Positions 61,691 to 64,000 of a DNA stretch of 64,000 nt are shown in pieces (the first letter of the stretch is position 1; every line of letters starts with the position of its first letter). The stretch spans positions 83,703,411 through 83,767,410 of the forward strand of contig NC_052157.1 of the NCBI RefSeq assembly GCF_902713615.1, written 5' to 3'. A program made the position numbers and the translations under genes. This DNA is from Scyliorhinus canicula (Eukaryota). The notes beneath the pieces were generated by a model. That model ran no database searches, was not told the DNA's origin, and worked only from the letters and a program-made list of their open reading frames with translations.

Positions 61691-63169
61691 TTGCAGAAAT
61701 TGAGACTTGGTCGCATGCAGATTTTTATAAACTGGAAATATTTCAGTTGCAGACTGGTAATAAGGGAGTGAATTTCACTCTCATCTGCGGGGGAAAAAAG
61801 CCTATACAAGCAGGATCTGCAAAGAGAAACCCTTCCTAAATAACGAATAACACTTCAGTTAACTAGGGAACTGGGACTGAAGGAATACTCTTGGCGAATG
61901 TGTTAAAGCAAAGAGACCACGTTATTGTTCATTAAAAATCAAGGAACATCAAACAGAGTGTACTGAGCAAACTGTCAATTGTATTCTGATATAAAGCGGG
62001 ACAGCAGATTATGAGGTCAACCTGATGCAGTTTTATTGGAGTCTGGGGAATCGTGACTGAAAGCAATGGGGGCACATTATCAAGACGTTGATGTTCCCAA
62101 TACTGCAGTGTACCTGTCAATTGTAATTACAAACGCTGAACAAAGCATCTATTACCATTTGTTAATGTAAATTAACACCTTCTTGATACAACAGCAATAA
62201 TTTCATTGCATACCAATTAAATCAGTAATGGCTAGAGTTCCAGTCGTTTAGGAATGGACAAATAGAAAGCAAGATCGTTGCAACTCGATATTTCTGAAGT
62301 TCTACATATTTCCCTCTTTGTTTAATTTACTTAAAGTGTTGTTCCGTGAACTTTTTGTAAGATTTGATTGTCTGCGATTCTACCTTTGTTGTCGACAGTA
62401 ACTTACACGCCATTACCACGCGTGAAATGAACATTTTTATTCGGCATATTTCAACATGTTAAATGGGAAAAGCATTATTTTTTCCAAGATCTTTTACGAC
62501 CAGTTAGTTATACATGCATGCCCGGACAACCTTTCAGAAGGTGACAGTGTTGTAAACATTCATGAAATTGAAACGTAATGCCATCATCTGTGGCCGAGGA
62601 ACCAGAACGTGCCTAATGTATAAAATATCCCCGGTATGCCTGCAAAAAAGAAAAAAGTGGATGGACGATTACTCTAATAAGGACATACAATGATCAATTG
62701 CTGACGTTTTGTGATAGACGAGCCGTCCTATTCCTGGTCACAACGTTCTTCATCATTCCAAAAAAAAAACAGGCTATTGCCAGTATTCTTAACATGTTCG
62801 GAGTAATCGAGATTAAGAAGAAAATTCCTACCAGTCTCACACGTTTTCAAATGCTTTTTCTATAAAAGTAATGAACAAATATATTTTCCATAAAATGCAC
62901 TTTTTTCAGCGTATTTCAGATAATGTATATATCCACCGTTTCACGGGCGGTTGGCAGGCAGGTTTCAATAGTCAAGCTAACCACAAATCACAGGAAACAG
63001 AGAACAGAGATGCATTACGGTCAATCGAAACGGCACCGCCACGTGAAAAACACCTGGCCTAATTATATAATCCTATTGCTAAAACTTGCCCTTAGTTTGA
63101 ATGTCACTATGTGACAAGTGTTCAACAGGTACTTTCAAATATTGAAGCCAACGCACTCTCCCTCGCCCT

Positions 63170-64000
63170 CCCAAGCGCGGAATTCTAGACCGCCATCACC
63201 CTCTGGCTAACAAGCTAAAAATGTCCTTGAGTCACCGAAACCAACTGTCCATCACCTTGAACATTGTGCCCCATTGTGACTACGCTTCAAATAAGGAGCA
63301 CAGCTGCTCATTTTTCGCCCTGTCGATCCCCTTCATTATATTGTACCCCTCGATCAGGCAGCCCCTCAGCCTTCTCTGCTCAAAGACAAACAACCCAAAA
63401 CTATCCAGACCAGCTTATAACTTAAATTTACAACTTTATCGTGCAATCACATTCTTCCTATAACGTAAGACACGAATTGCATATAGCACACCAGCTTTGG
63501 GCTCAGCAAAGTTCTTTACAAATCTAAAGTGACCTCTCTGACGTTGTAAGCCATCCCTCGGTTGATGAAGTCAAGTTTCCATATTGCCATTATCAGGCAC
63601 CCTACTAACCAATCCTCCCGCATTCACTGATCCATGGGCGAACACACCAAGGTCCCTTTGTTCCTTGGAAACCTCCCAGTGCTGTTGAATACGTCCTCGT
63701 CAAACTTCCTCCATCCAGCGTGTATGATCTCACAATATTCAGGTTTATAATTTACTGCTACTTTCTCCCCATTTGGAAAATGCTGCCTATATCTTCCTGT
63801 AAACCAGAGTACTCAATAATGACTGCCAATCCCCCACAAGACCACAGATTATACGGAATTTGAGGACATCGGGCCATTAGGCGAATCGAGTCTGCTCCGC
63901 TATTTAGTCTTAGCTGATGCGTTTCCTCATCCCAATTCTCCTGCCTTTCCCAATAACCCCTGGTCCCTTTGTTAATTAAAAAAAGACTCCTGCTATAATG
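63170..64000 (-). mobile_element. Old CR1 3' fragments (63170-63830 and 63840-end)
   Basis: CCCCTCAGCCTTCTCTGCTC and GGCCATT.GGC..ATCGAGTCTGCTCCGC tail motifs. Confidence 0.65.

Noticed and set aside
1-64000. Fanzor/TnpB or other RNA-guided nuclease cargo in the DNA transposons
   Set aside because: No RuvC-like or Zn-ribbon ORF seen; all long ORFs are explained by LINE, Harbinger or ERV proteins

Overview
Eukaryotic, repeat-saturated vertebrate DNA, most likely a shark or ray (inferred from HE1-type V-SINEs paired with CR1 LINE tails). I could not identify any host protein-coding gene. The window holds: several CR1 LINEs (one near full length at 1-~4160, with zinc-finger/SGNH-esterase ORF1, APE endonuclease and RT); a stack of PIF/Harbinger DNA transposons at ~4190-13990, including a young 5.5 kb element with TIRs, a 3-exon Myb/SANT gene and an open 448-aa transposase ORF whose second catalytic Asp is Asn; further decayed Harbingers and MITEs at ~37340-42510 and ~59200-60050; a fully bounded class I-like endogenous retrovirus at 27823-37256 (two LTRs, CCTA TSD, tRNA-Phe PBS, PPT, integrase and env remnants, no visible RT, unassigned internal ORFs); Rex1/Babar LINE fragments; two Penelope elements with inverted ends; a decayed Gypsy element; and many SINEs. 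The most interesting signals are repeated insertion of Harbingers into the termini of other Harbingers, a CR1 subfamily that carries a V-SINE inside its 3' UTR, and the RT-less ERV with unexplained ORFs. Boundaries of decayed elements are approximate and all family calls come from motif recognition by eye, not database searches.
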